The notes: generated from the letters alone by a model not told the origin. Positions 14,534-28,700 are shown, counted from the whole stretch's first letter. The stretch is 63,346 nt of DNA, filler included, from Bigelowiella natans CCMP2755 (GCA_000320545.1; 3 parts of 3 records of this genome joined end to end with filler, not necessarily neighbours in it); one strand, 5' to 3'. Numbers and translations are program-made.

Positions 14534-15970
14534 ATGGAGAATGATACGGTGAGCAGTAGCGGATCCACGTCTTCCGCCAGCATCTATAACAACATATATT
14601 TTTTGGTTAGGATGACCTTGCTGTGTTCGTTGATATTCCTCTTTCTAATTGTGGTACGAATGATAAGCTCTTTTTGAGATACATAGATGTGTTTGAGAAT
14701 ATAGATTTTTCTCATCATCCATTAAAGGGGGCACATGAACCATACTACTTCGGCTGGCAGGCGTTCACAATATTCATAGTCCTCTTCTTTGTAATAAATA
14801 TATTTGGTATTATTTTGAAGAATATTACATTGAGGAAACAAATTGTAATTTTTATCAGGCTGTAGCCACAAATATGGGACTATGTAATATCAATTTGCAC
14901 ATATTGAATGTTTACACTATCAACATGGATTTACAACAGATATCGGGTTCACTATCTTACAAGCAAATTATGCTGCTTCAACGGAGGGTTTCAAGGGTGT
15001 TCCTAGTTGGGTTACCCCTACCTTCTATGTGGCAACAATCTTTATCTCATTATTGTACACGGTAAGCCTTGTGTTAGTGATCGTAACCGACGATGCTTTC
15101 TGGATGATCTTCCGTCGCATTGCAACGTTTATATCTGTTCTAATGATCGGGATTCTGGCTGAAATGTCTTGTTTTTCATTGCGACGTAAATTGGCCAAAA
15201 CCTTCCGCACTCACTTTAGCTCTAGCCCCTGCACTTCTGGGGAAAATAAAAATCAGCATTCCAAAACAACCACCGGAAACACACCAGAATCAAAATCAAA
15301 CCACAATGATGCCGAATCAGTTAAACCTTCAATTTTGAAAATATATACTCAAAATCCAAACACTTACCCTGACGCCACCGAGGAGGGCTCCAGTACTAGA
15401 ACCATCTCAAGGCAAATAGGAATTAGTTTGGTAAAATGTAAACATACTATGAATTCACCTAGTAGGAAGAGCGAATATAGAAGTCCACCGACGATGGTTT
15501 TATCACCACGGAACGATATGGAAAAAAGCTTCTCCATTTTTCCAGCAAACAGAAACATGAGAGAAGATACAAATCTTTATCCTCCAAAATTCAAGCAAGT
15601 GGACAAAGGCAGTTTCAGCGCGTCTAATTTGAAAGCAAAGGCTATGAATAAGAAAAACATTGAGTACAATCGAAGAAAGCGCCAAATTTTCAAGATCACA
15701 GTTTTACTTATTGTTATTCCTATTTGCTCCATACTAGCTGCATTAGTTGAAATTTCATTTTTCCTCCTAACCACCACTCCTGGTCAATCTTGGTCAGATA
15801 TTATCGACTTCTTCGCTATTAATTATTTCTTGGAAGACGACGCAACTTATTACATTGGAATATTCATTATCTTAGGATATTTTCAATACTACTCACATCC
15901 TACTCGACAATGGTCTCGATTTTTGAAATCTCTTTCAAAGAGATATAATTTGACATTTGCAAGCACGTAA
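14534..15970 (+). CDS. Multi-pass membrane protein, paralog of the adjacent minus-strand gene
   Basis: Shared motifs EPYYFGWQAF vs APFYAGWQAF and DATYYIGIFIILGYFQYYSH vs DISYYVALLFLIFLQYYSY; same TM-loop-TM layout; ORF 15029-15970 plus upstream exons. Confidence 0.65.
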
Positions 15971-16755
15971 AATTGCTTAACTTGAAAAGCCAGCGGTTGA
16001 TGTGTAGAATGAAATGAAAGTGCAACAGACCAGGTTTCTTTCTTGTAGTTTGGAGTCCTTGAGATTGCTTGGTGAACAGCGAACAGGTGCTTAGGCGCTA
16101 GCATATTCAGGGGCCATCATCTCAAATTGTCACCGGTGGTGACTACACCGCCACTTTTTCTACTTCCAATTTCATCATTAGTTTTCAAAATGAAGAACAG
16201 TCAAAACAAAGGAGTTCTGGTTGAGCAGCATGAAACAAATACATGTCCGCAAGCAATGACATGTGTGTTGGGAACAGCTATAGAGTTGAACATTGTCCGC
16301 ACTCAGCACAGCTTTGCATTGCGATGTCATTCACCACTACCTGCCTGGCGAAGTCCCATAACATGGACCACTATGCTGGACTACGACAGAATGCATTTGT
16401 GCGTTCATGATCACTTCCAACACATTGCAATGTCAGTTCATGCAGAACAAGGCAATTGACCAATGAGCCAAGATGACAGCAAAGAACTGACTGACAACAT
16501 GATGTCATCGATCGACTCATTGCTGCTAGCTAGCAACAAGTAAGCAAGTGCTAAAATGTAGCGCTGCAAAAGACATCATGAATAGACCGCACACTGTACA
16601 ACAATTTGCATAGTCTTCATGCAACATCAAAGCATAATTTCATAGCGTGCAGCTACTTGGCGCGATGCGCGCTATTTTGTCACTTACACAAAATAACGTG
16701 ATGAAGGTAACAGACCTCGCTTTGGGTAGGTGTATTAGAGGGGTGTGTGCTAGCA

Positions 16756-19030
16756 TCACCGAAATATCTTACCCCATTGTTTCCGAGCCGATTTCGCTTT
16801 TAGTTTCTTCTTAGCAGCTTCTCTGCTCTTTAGCATGCGCATGCGTTGCTCTGAAGTAAGATAACCACCACTACCACCACGGCTACTACCGATGCAATCG
16901 CCCCCATCTATTGAATTGACTGACGATTGCTGCGTTCTAGAGGATAACGACGACGTTTGAAGTTGGGAGACTTGGTTTTTTTCCGTCACCATAGAAGGAC
17001 CGCGACCACTAATTCTATCTCTGCCGCAGTGCATGCAAAAACGTGCCACTGACGGGTTATCCGCACAACACCGGGACTCTGAAAGAAATCTCAAGGTTGT
17101 TGGTAGACCTTCACAGTTAAGTCTAGCTGAGGGGATATTGGAATGGCTGCTGCCCTTGTTTCTTGTGGCGTCTTCATCTGCAGGACACAAACAAACAAAC
17201 AAATCCATCTTAGTTGCTGCTGTAGACGCCATGTGAGAAAAGTGACAGTGCACAACTTCCACGCAGCAGCAGTCGTCCCACCTAGCATCTCGGATTTCCC
17301 CGAATAAGACGGGGGGAGGAACTGACCCTTTAGCGCCGGGGGAGTAGTCTGCGCGCAGGTTATGGGCTTGCCCTCCACCGAGGGGACTGCTGCTAGAGCA
17401 TTCTTTGAGGAGAAGGCAGCAGGATGATGAGAGGGATGATGCGACGAAATATCTCCTTCCCCCGGATGCGCTCCCAAACCTATATGAGGAACCTTCGCCG
17501 ATCCTTCTTCCTCTTTCTCCTTCATTTCCGCAGCAATTGCTAAGGCGTGCTCGCGCTCGCGGCGGCGGCGCTTCTTTCGCATCTTCCTGCGGACTTTTCG
17601 GAGGTCATATCCGATCCTTGCGCAGTACGCGCTGACAAGCTGGCCGAACTGATCTTGAGACCTAGTTGCCTCGTCTTTAATTGAGCCTCCTCCTCTTCTC
17701 CTTTTGCTTCCTCTCCTCCTACTGAGTTGGAACGGGTCGGAAGCCCCCCCCTCCCCCAACGACCGATGGTCTCTAAGGATCTGCTTTGCGAGGCGATGGC
17801 GGAGGGCTACGGGGTCAATCAGCTGCTTTGCATCCGCACCATCGAGATGGGCGTTGAAGCGCACTACCATCTCCCTATGCTTCTCTACCATCTCCTCTTT
17901 CGACCCCGAGGCGGGGAGGCCTGCGCGCACATCGATATCATGGCTTCGTAAGAGGACAGCAATGGCGGAGAAGACTATCTCAAACTCTTCGGGAAACTAT
18001 CAAGGTTACTATGGAAGGGGGGAAAGCATACTACCGGCTTGCTTCATCAGAGTACGGGTTTGCTTTAACGAGAGAGCGTGATATGTAGGCGTTTGCATCC
18101 GCTTTTGTGAATTGATTGAGTCGAGAAGCTGCACAGCCTCCACCGTGCCGGCTGCTGCTGGATCACCATGTGCTCCTGCGCCTCCCTGATCGAAGCGCAA
18201 AGGAATAAATCGTAAACGTACCGTGTGATAATCACCATATCAAATAAAGAAAAATTGTTTTGGCAAAGGACCTCAATTTTGCTACTGCTCGTTTCTGTTG
18301 TGATGTCATTCTGCCTTATCATTTCGCTATTGTCTTCACCGCCATTCACGGACGACTTCTCAGAAATGTCTTGTGTTTGGGCCTCTCTCTCTACGGAAAA
18401 TGTTCTTTTACTAGGCAAAGTGCAGGGGGACGCGAGCTTTTGCGACGAGGGCGCGCTGGAACTGGCCACGTCTTCAGCACGCTGAGATTGATTACTACCG
18501 ATGTCGCACGAAGGTGATGACATCGATGGTGGAGCTGAAGCGGATGATGATGGCATCGAATATGATGACGATGGCAACGACGACGTCGACGGCGACGATG
18601 ATGATAACGATGTCGCCGCCTTCTCTACATTTTTGACACCCTGTTTCGGGCGCAGGTACATGGAAATCCGCCCCCTTTCAATCTTTCTAGGTTTCGCCGC
18701 CTCCTGGAGAGTGGCTGTTTTGGTAGACGGCCTCTTCACGGCGGTCGCAGCGTGCGAGGTGCTCTCCTCTCGCGAGCTATAGTGGAGAGTGGCCTGAATA
18801 ACTGCATCGAGTCGGCGGAGGGGAATCAACTCAGAGTCCCACGACTCAGCTCGGCACATTGGGCACCTCTGCGTCTGCATCAAGTAGCGGCGAATGCACA
18901 ACGAGCAGAACGTGTGCGAGCACTTGCGGAGGGCCACCGCGGTCTGGATGACCCCCTTGCATACGCCACAGCGCAGAAGCCCGAGTAGCTTCGTGGCGAG
19001 TGCTGCACCGCCGTCACCACGTCCCGCCAT
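16756..19030 (-). CDS. RAD18: E3 ubiquitin ligase RAD18-like (RING + SAP)
   Basis: C3HC4 RING CGVC...CSHTFCSLCIRRYL...CPMCR; SAP/post-SAP motif GLPASGSKEEMVEKHREMVVRFNAHLD typical of Rad18. Confidence 0.8.
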
Positions 19031-19323
19031 CACGAGGAAGAAAAGGGTGAGCAATGGCTCGATACGGAAGGAAAAGCGCCTGTATTTTCTATAATTTTTG
19101 TTGAAAATTGATTGTCGCACACAAAAAACACCATTATTTTTCCTTTAACAAAAACTCGTCCAAAGGAACCGCTTCCACCTGGAAACCGAACTCGCCCGAC
19201 CTCGAGCAAGGCCCCATTCGAGCAAGGGTGGTGCTGCGGCTGTGGTTGCGGTCGCAATCGGGGCTGGGAATCTAAAGACCACTGCATCGGAGAAGTGTGG
19301 CCGGTACTGGGGAGCCATTGTCC

Positions 19324-20211
19324 ATGAATCAAAAGAGTGAGCAGAGCGAGAAGAAGGGTGTGATACGGCCGTCATCAACACCGCCGCTGTCTCTGCCGTC
19401 TGATCGAGAGGTGGCAAAACAAGATGGCGATGATGTTCAGGTGGACTCTCCCGCGACCAAGACGGGCGATCTGTTGGATTCGTTGAAGAAGGACGGGTTC
19501 GTAGTGCTGAAGGGGTTCGTCCCTCGTTGCTGTGCCACGAGTTCCAGGGAACGCCTTTCTCTCGAGCTGAAGAAGGTCATCGAATCAGGCGAGTCGCAAC
19601 GATTCGCAAAGATCAACGATCGGAAATTCCGCCACGATCTCAGGCTCCACATGACGGACGAAAACAAGTCCATTCTGTCGACAGCGTTCGGCAGGAAGCA
19701 TGGCCAGCAGAATAATAACCCGCAGTACAGGGACGTCTACGAGAAAATTATCGGCGGCGACGCCAGCCTGGTCGAATTTGGTGTGATTACCTCGCATCCA
19801 GGAGCCGAAGCACAAAGCATCCACAGTGACGTTACCTACGATTCTGAAGCCCGGTGTGTTTACACAACCTTCCTGGCCTTGCAAGACATCGACGAGAAGA
19901 TGGGTCCAACGAACATCTGGAGCGGCACCCATCAGGCTCTTTTTTGTGAGTTTTACAAACCAAAAATGCTGGGATCGTACGATCCATACTATAGCAAAAA
20001 CAAGCCCACGTTGATGACGTTGATGGCGGGTGATGCTGTGCTCATGGACACGCGTGTTATGCATTGTGGCGGAGCCAACAAGTCAAAACAGGATCGAATG
20101 CTTTTCCACTTCTCATTCGAGACTACAGAGGGGGAAAATGACCCGGACGGGTTCACTTATAATCTAATGACGGAATTAAAGGGCAAATATGCCCTCAAGA
20201 ATTTCTTGTAA
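19324..20211 (+). CDS. PhyH-family 2-oxoglutarate/Fe(II) dioxygenase
   Basis: DGFVVL, HxD (QSIHSD), LALQDI..MGPT, GTH, AGDAVLMD...HCGGAN...R; single exon. Confidence 0.85.
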   Translation: MNQKSEQSEKKGVIRPSSTPPLSLPSDREVAKQDGDDVQVDSPATKTGDLLDSLKKDGFVVLKGFVPRCCATSSRERLSLELKKVIESGESQRFAKINDRKFRHDLRLHMTDENKSILSTAFGRKHGQQNNNPQYRDVYEKIIGGDASLVEFGVITSHPGAEAQSIHSDVTYDSEARCVYTTFLALQDIDEKMGPTNIWSGTHQALFCEFYKPKMLGSYDPYYSKNKPTLMTLMAGDAVLMDTRVMHCGGANKSKQDRMLFHFSFETTEGENDPDGFTYNLMTELKGKYALKNFL

Positions 20212-20747
20212 TGGATGATAACGTACGTACGAGAACACTTTAGCCAATCTATTGTAATCAAATGCGCAATAATGCAGCGCTGGCTATGTGTCTGATTGCA
20301 GGGATCATCAGCTCTGCTATATACTACAGATGCCAGCTAGCCAGCTAGCAGATAGATGAAGCGCTGGCGAGGAAATCATAGTTCCGCAATGTGTGGAGGC
20401 TATGAGGGGGCTCGGCTGACATGTATATCATAAGATGCATGTGGTGCAATTATATAATTATTTTGCTAACAATGTAGTCGATGATCAATGATATATATTT
20501 CTCACAATCAAATTCATCTGGTCATGGTGGCGAATATCTATATGTGCTGTTGAGAACGGTAGAAACGATCGGGCTATATTCAACCCGCACAGCGCGTGAT
20601 GTAGCCATTGCGATCTGTACACGGTACATGCTAGCAGCTTCCTACTGGCTCTGAAGTCCATCCTCGCGTTGTCTTCGCAGTCGGCTCGGCGGCCATTATT
20701 TCAACTGCTATGCCGCCCTTCCTGCGCCTCCGCCCTCCGCCTTTTAT

Positions 20748-21437
20748 TTACCGACGCTTGCCACCACCTGAGAGTGATACGAATCGAAATGCTAAGAATG
20801 GTGATGATGCCAAGCATAGATCGCCCACCGTCTACTCTGCATTCTCATCCTACTCAACGCGGCCATTACCTTGCTGCATCGCCAATATCTGTGCGAGTCG
20901 GATAAAGATATTGATTGTGTCCAAGTACAGCCCGAACCCCTCGTTCATGGGGGAGTAGACCTGTAGCGGCAGCGGGGGGGATGGCAGGAAGGGTCAAGGC
21001 CAATCATGCATCACCATCGCCACAATCATCGTCGTCATCATCATCATCATCATCAAAATTATCCCGTGCCTTTTTATGCTGGGCGTTGTATTGAAGCTTC
21101 TGCGTGTCGTACAGAACGTAGCCGCCGAACAGCCCAAGGCCTACAATAACAAATGAATATATGCACGATTAACATTGGCAGTGATGGGTAAATCGAGTAA
21201 ATTTTTGGTATGGGGGGAGGCTACGGATGGAACACAGCGGATTATGTGCCACCATTGCTCCTGCTTCTACTACTACTGCTACTATCTAAGAAACGGCAAG
21301 ACATCAATCTATACAGGCTCCATTACCGCCGTAAAGAACGATGTTGTGTAAGATAGGCGACGCCGGGAAGAAGAACGATCTAAGAGGAGTTACAGACCAT
21401 CATCGGATCAGGAAGCCCGCAGTGGAGGTAAAACACA

Positions 21438-21476
<39 letters not shown>

Positions 21477-22125
21477 GCCTCTGCTGCAAAGGTCAACAAC
21501 AACAACAACAACAACACCCGAATGAGCTGAGCACGACGACACCAAGACCCATGTTCAGCGGAGCAGCCATCCAGAGGAATGACCTGTTCCGGAAACACAA
21601 CGGGCAACGAGAAGGAAAGAGGGGGGGGAGAGCCAGTCAGCAAAGCGCATTTCGAGGGAGAGCCGAAAGCCAACAGACGGGAGTGGGAGGAGGGTGTTTT
21701 TTAGATGCTTGATATGAATATCGAGGAGCAATGAAGAGCAAATCATCACCGACTTCAAATACACGACGATATATATATATATATATAAATATATATATTT
21801 TGAATATACATATATCAATATATCCCGCAAAGATCGGTTAACTTTGTTCGGGTTTTGCGTGCGATGTCGCACGATTCGAAACATACTCAGAAGGAGCTGT
21901 CATCGCGACGGAAGCAATGGACCCCACCTGGTTTGCATACACAGAAGACACGCAATGCATTAGGTGAAGAAACGCTCACAAAAAGTACAAATTGGAAAAG
22001 GAAGAAAAATGAAAATAAAGGGCTAAAGGGCTTTCCAGCCCCTCCCCACTCCTTTCCCCACCCCAGGTTCGCTCCCCCTTTTTCCCTCAACCTAACTGAT
22101 TTCCATGACGGAGGTGTTAGTATTC

Positions 22126-22159
<34 letters not shown>

Positions 22160-22337
22160 AAGTAGTAGCACCATCAACCCTGTCCCAACCGCTGCCCTTA
22201 AGATGATTTGTCCCCCGAGGAAGCCCACAGGGCTAAGCATCACTCCCATTCCAGCTGGTAGGTAGTAGCATTGGATTCACGTCATCATTAAGGGGGTATT
22301 CATACAACACACGAACACACACACACACACACACACA

Positions 22338-22380
<43 letters not shown>

Positions 22381-22574
22381 GTGTTTGTGTGTGTGTAAAA
22401 TACATACAATTTTCATGCGTTCCATATGCTTATAGCTGTCTGCAGCATGTACTGCTGTCATTCTTCTTCTTCTTCTTCTTCTTCTTCTTCTTCTTGTTCG
22501 AAAAGTTACTGGTAGTACCCATAGAGGCAAGCCATGCCATCTGCTTAGTGCCTGGAGCATAGAGATTCGACGAC

Positions 22575-22646
<72 letters not shown>

Positions 22647-23027
22647 ATCTAATAGCTTCATCCTCCGAGATAGGAACACTGGCAGCAGAGCTATCATACC
22701 CCCGCTGCGACATGTCTGCGTCGCTTAGCCTTCACTCTCCCCTGCAATGGTTGACCGTAGGAAAATGGGGAAAGCTTTCCAGGGCCATCAGGACAGGGGT
22801 AACCACTCTTGGGTCGATACGACAGTCGTGCGGAGGAAAGAAAAAAAGGGGGGGGGGAGGGGGGGGTGGTCTGGATGATGATAATTCATCTCCGAAAGGA
22901 GATCGAAATCGTTTCATCCTGCCGCACTTTCGTTCAAGCAACTTTTGGGTGATAGTATTGAACAAAGCACTTTGGAGAATTTTCATCGATTTCTGTGATT
23001 GTTTTCCTCTCTCAAAATACATATATA

Positions 23028-23069
<42 letters not shown>

Positions 23070-24172
23070 GGGGGTATGCGTGTTTGCGGGTGTTGCATCC
23101 ATTCCAGAGAAAGAAAATGAATCACAACAAAGAATGCTTCTACTATGAGGGAACGACACCCTTGCTTGCTCCTCCGTTGGCATTTTCGTCGATGCTCATA
23201 CAGACCATCATCGGGGCCATTCCTTGGTATTATTCATTCACAAAATAGAACGGTCGCTGTCATAAGAGAAACAATCCCCCCCCCCCCCCGGCGCCTCGTT
23301 TCCATGCACGATTTCCGCAATCAAAGAAAAAAGTGTGTGCTCTTTTGTCGTGCCAGAGGAGAGCAGGGACTATGATCGATGGATCATCAAATCTCTATGC
23401 ACGCGTGGGGACGGAAGGCGGGTGCTTCAGGAAAAACAAAGATGGTTGGCGTGAATACTACTACTACTGCTGCTGCTGCTGCCGCTGCTGCTGCTGCTGC
23501 TGCTACCACAGAGCCCCATGACCAAGAGAGAACCGAATGTTCCAAGAGAGGCGATACGATGGGCAACTCCTGCAAATAATGAGCAGAAAACACACAAAGA
23601 AGAAGAAGAAGAAGAATGCTCGTACGTGTTGATACATGCCCTCCGTGTCTCTCTCCCTGGGAGAGGGACAGGTTTCATCACCATCACCATCACCATCATC
23701 ATTATCATCATCATCATCATCATCATCATCATCGGTGCAGCAATCGTGTACAATCATATATCACCACCACCACCACCACCACCACCACCACCACCACCAC
23801 CACCACCACCACCAAGTTGTGGCATCCCTCCTCCTCCTCCTCCTCCTACCTGAGCGGAGGGCGAGTGCAGCCGTCGCTCCAGTGATTCCGAGCCCACTCT
23901 TTTACAAACAAACAGCTACGTCAGAATCAAACGGCTAGTGAGAATTTTTGGGCGAAAATTTGTCAGATCTTGTTTGATTCATGCAAACGTGCCTCTCCTC
24001 CTCCTCCTCCTCCTCCTCCTCCTCCTCCTCCTCCTCTTCTTTCTAAGTAGTCGCTATACACAGTTTCTTTAATCGACTTACAACGATGTATCCGTAGGTC
24101 TCTTCCAAGCGTTGCTTCATGTATGGCGGATATGGGATGCCTGATTAACAAAAAAGTTGCTGAGTTTTGTAT

Positions 24173-24216
<44 letters not shown>

Positions 24217-24744
24217 ATGCTTCGCCCCATCCATCTCACGGTACAAGCACCACCTGCCCTCTTGCGAAGTTCGTCATTCTGGGCCCTGTTATCACATTAA
24301 AAGGAGGAAGAGGATAGGAAAAATATTAACTTATCCCCTACTCCAGTCTCGCCGTTACGAAGTTTAGGGGGGGGAGGGGGAGGCCTTACGTTTCGGAGTA
24401 CAGATATTGGCCTTGAAAGGACACGAAGCCGATTCCAGCGAGGGCTCCAGTCCCCACAAGGGTCCACCCTACATTTTCAAAAGGCAGGTAGAAAGGCCAT
24501 TCAGTCGAAAACGAGGGGCGCTCCTAGAGGCAGAAGGGCTTTGGAAGCTACCTGCTTTCTGAACAGGACTCATTCCCTCCGATGCTGTAGCGGAGGATGC
24601 GGTTGCGCTCCGGTAGGCCCTCCGCCCGACGCAGCGTACTCGGGCCGCCCCGACACTCGCTGCTTTTCGCAGTGAGGAGAAAAGGCGGGCCCTGGAGCGC
24701 AAGCGGAGAGCAGGGGAGAGGGCAATGGATTGGAGGCGAAGCAT
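20748..24744 (-). CDS. GHITM: GHITM/TMBIM5 (MICS1), Bax inhibitor-1 family mitochondrial inner-membrane protein
   Basis: Arg/Ser/Ala-rich transit-peptide-like exon 1. Exons GVMLSPVGFLGGQIILRAA, GLGLFGGYVLYDTQK and PMNEGFGLYLDTINIFIRLAQILAM; terminal GGGKRR*. Confidence 0.85.
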
Positions 24745-25326
24745 TGGAGAGTATTTTTGGGGTGCTTTTGAGCTTTGTGGTGGAAGTATTTCAGACCTAA
24801 TTTGTGCCCAAAATATATAAGATTCCACTTTAAAACAGTGGCGATTTATCCCTGTTTGAGAGGATTAATGCAGATTTACGCTAATTAGGGGAGATATGCC
24901 CTTCTGGAGTTGAAGCTGATCTTTCTTGTTTACTCAATCTTGGAGTCCTGTCAGCAGCTTCCTTTCCCGTCCCCCCCCCTGGATACGCCCTGCCCTGCCT
25001 AGTTATCCGTATGCGCGTGCTTTCCGGCCACACAGATCATGTTGGGCGCTTGTAGTACGCGCGCGCCTCCCTGCCTTTGCGGTCGCTGATAGGATCACGG
25101 TAACGTGTAAAGAATGTGCTTTTGTGTGCAAACGCGCTCCTCAGCACGCTCGCTTTGCACTCTCGGGTGTCGCTGGCAGATTTCTTATTTCGTCATACCC
25201 GTGTTAGAAACGCCGTGAGGGGGAATTAAAAAACGTTCGCACATTTCTAAGTATGCTCACTCAAAAGCGTTGACTAATACCAACCCCATCCGCCCGTCTA
25301 CAGGCCGAAAGAAGGCATATAGAATA

Positions 25327-26217
25327 ATGCCGGCTGTAATGCGGATATTCTTCGACCCCAGCCAGGCTTTCGATGCCTTTGGAGAGGTGGCCAGGGTTCA
25401 TTCAATAGCTGCCGTAATGACGGACGACCCCCCCGCCGCAACTGGGAGGAAGCTGCAGGCCGTGAGCAGCCCTGACGGCAAAAGCTGCGACTGGGTTCAA
25501 GTGAGCAAAATAACGGTATACGTTCCCTCCCCCCTACTCTTTGTAGATTCATGAATACAAATGACATTGTGGTTGTTTGGGTGCAGAAGGGGATCGCCGG
25601 GCGCTCGCCTCCCAAAGAATCGACGCTGCTTCTCCGGCTGGAAGAGGACGCGGCGGTCGAGCCGGGAGACATCGTCGTGCACCCCTGGTTCTACCTCTCA
25701 TTCAGCCATCATGCCTTGTATCTTGTGAGTTTTCCCTTTCCTTCGCCTGAGCTTAAGTTGAAATGTTGTCCAGGATCTCCGATATCTGCCAGCTAGGGGC
25801 TGGCGCGAAAGTGGCCGTTGCCGCTGTCTCTTCCCTCCTCAAAGAAGAAGGCGGACGCGCCCAAACTCTAACAGAGGAGGAGGAGGAGGAAAAGACGGGG
25901 GATTTGCCTAACGCCTTTAAAGAGAAGAAAAAGGAGGAGAATGAGGAGGAGGAGGAGGAGGGCGAGGGGGCAGCTTCGAAGCTCGCGGTTGCTCTCCCTC
26001 TCCGGCCAGGCAAGATGGAAGGTGGTATTCGGTAGTTTGTATCTCAAATATTGCCACTTACTGGGCTAATATGTATGTACATGCGCGCGCGCGCGTGTGT
26101 GTGTGTGTGTGTGTACATATATTAATGGAGTTTTTAGCCCGGATTGCGATGATGAAGTTGTTCATATGTAAGAATCACCACTCCTTATTAAATTCTCTCC
26201 TGCTACTACTACCACTG

Positions 26218-26254
<37 letters not shown>

Positions 26255-27787
26255 CACTTTGCTTGCCTGAATATGATACAAAAGCTATGCTAAGCTGGGC
26301 TCGTTCTGGGGAGTTCAGCTCCACGCTCTCTGCGGCTGTAGGTAGTTGCATCTCGAGGGGCATTATTCATTATCACCACTATTTCCTGCTGCTGACGATC
26401 GATCGATCGATCGTAGGAATATGAAGCATGGTCACAACCAAAGCCAAACTCACGCGATTCATACGACGTGCTCGTGTTTTACCGTTCGCGCGCGTGTGTA
26501 CATGATGTGTGTGTTTGGCAGGATCCCTCGAGTTTGACTTGTTGGAGTTCCTGGCCCGGCGCGGTCGCAGCACCAGCGCAAACTCGCGTCAGCTTGCTTC
26601 TCCCGCAGCGATGATAATGGTCCTCCCCGAAATATGCTCAGCCGCCCCCCCGGACATACGCACGCCAGTCCCCCTGGCTCTGGGCGCGGGGGGGGGGAGC
26701 GTTAGGTTGGATGTCAGTTCGGTCGTGCGGTGGAGGCACCCGCGGTTCTTGGCCCCGAGCATAAATGACGCAGCCGATGACGGGGGGACGGAGAGAATAA
26801 GGGCGGCTCGGTTGGGACCTCATCAATCTTTTGCTTCTTCTTCGCCATCGACCCCCGCCTCCTCCTCCGCCCCCTCGTTGTCTTCTTCGCTCTCCTCTCC
26901 AGCCTCCTCATCCAATGTGGAAGGGGCCTCCAGGCTCCTCGGCCCTATTTTAGAAGCAGTGACGACGTGGGGAGGGGAGGTGATCAGAGATCACGGCAAC
27001 GGGAGTAGCATCAACAAGGAGGAGGAGGAGGAGGAGGAGGGACGGGGGTGGGGGGGGAGGGAGAGCATTGGGGAAAGAAGGAGAGAGAGGAGAATGTGAC
27101 GACTACTGCACGGTTCTGGAGGAAGTTTCTTGGCGACTGGCTGCTTCTCCTTGGTCCCCCTGGCATTGGAAAGACGCATACACTCAGGTAGTGTCGCAAT
27201 ATATATATATATATATATATATATTACCATTTATTAGTCTTAGTGTTTTCACTAATTATTTGCTACCATCCCATTATTCCACACGATGTACTGATGACAC
27301 ACGCACGCACGCACGCACACGTGCTGCTCTGAGGGGGGGTAGGTCTGTTTACTACTAAGCTGTGAAATGGACGCTTATGTGTGTGTGTGTGTGTGTGTGC
27401 GCGCGCGCGCGCGCGCCTTGTGCACAAATGCGTCGTCGTCAATGCGCCATGGGTGTACTACAAACTCATGAATTAACTCCTTCTCCTCCTCCTCCTCGTA
27501 CACATCTTTCCCACACCTGACACACAACGAATGAACGACGATAGAACTCTTTGGAGGAAACACGGCGGCTGCTTCTGCGACCTATCCGAGATGGAATTTG
27601 GTAGGAGCTGTTTTCTCAGCCCATGTCCCTCCCCCCCCCCCCCCCCATCTCCCCGACTGAACATCTTCTACTGCCTCCTCTCTTCAACCAATGCTCGCCT
27701 TCCCCCTCCTTTTCCACAGACAAGGACGACTGGCCCATAGTATTAGATCAAGTCTTCGAACAAGCGGTAGATTGCCTTTTGTGCGCT

Positions 27788-27824
<37 letters not shown>

Positions 27825-28700
27825 TTACTGAATGGCCACGTCGCACAACAATACAATAGTTGTCTGTTCTGCTGTTGTCGCTCACAGCTCGAAACATCCG
27901 ATTGGAAGATCGCAATGTGCCATTATTATCCCCATTCTCAGCATATTTCTCTTTCATCCTTATAAAGGCAGCCACCACCACCAGCAGCAGCGGCGGCGCA
28001 GCATCGTCGCGCCCCGCGGTAGTGTTGTTCTTGGACCATGCAGAGGAAATGATGTCGCACACCACCAAGGCCGAGACAGAGCGTTCTTCCACGATGGAGG
28101 TTCCGACGGGGCAGGCGGGTGAGGTGCTGCTATTAAAACGAATGAAGAAGCGGTACAGAAACCAGAGACTGGTGGTTGTCGCAGCCTCGCGCCGCCGCCC
28201 AAGGGGGGGGGCAACGACCGAGGGGAAACTGCAGCCTTTTGACGCCTGCTACGAGGTGGGGATGGAAGATTCGAATTGAATTTTAGCTAGAAGAAGAAGA
28301 AGAAAAAGAAGAACGATGAAGAGACGTGGTGCCGGAGGGCATGAGCAATGGCGACTCCGGCAAATCGCTGCGAGTGATATGAGAGACTTATCGATCGGGA
28401 CGAAGAGAAAAGACAAATAACCTTGAGTCAGCATCGTGTTTATTCCCTTCTCGCAACAGCAAGCAACCCTGATTTGCCCCCCCCCCCCACTTGTCCTGCC
28501 CTCTTGCAGATGCTACATCCAGGTCAGCAGGAGCGGCTGGAGATCCTCTCCGCGTTGATGCAAAGAGGGAGGGGGGCTCGAGAAGGAAAGCGCAGAGCGA
28601 CAAGGGCAGGTGGGGAAGAAGAAGGTTTCGAATGGATGAAGATGATGATGATGATGGTGATGATGATGAAGATGACATTTATCTTCGGGGGATGGGGTGA
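25327..28700 (+). CDS. Multi-exon gene, possibly with a degenerate AAA-type domain; 3' end unresolved
   Basis: Chain of GT-AG-bounded open segments (25327-25500, ~25590-25723, ~25773-26030, ~26521-26960, ~27968-28255). AVVLFLDHAEE resembles a Walker B. Confidence 0.35.

Noticed and set aside
19324-20211. The 2OG-Fe(II) dioxygenase as the base-modifying enzyme behind the TA signature
   Set aside because: Its motifs are PhyH-type, not TET/JBP or AlkB, and physical linkage carries little weight in a eukaryote.
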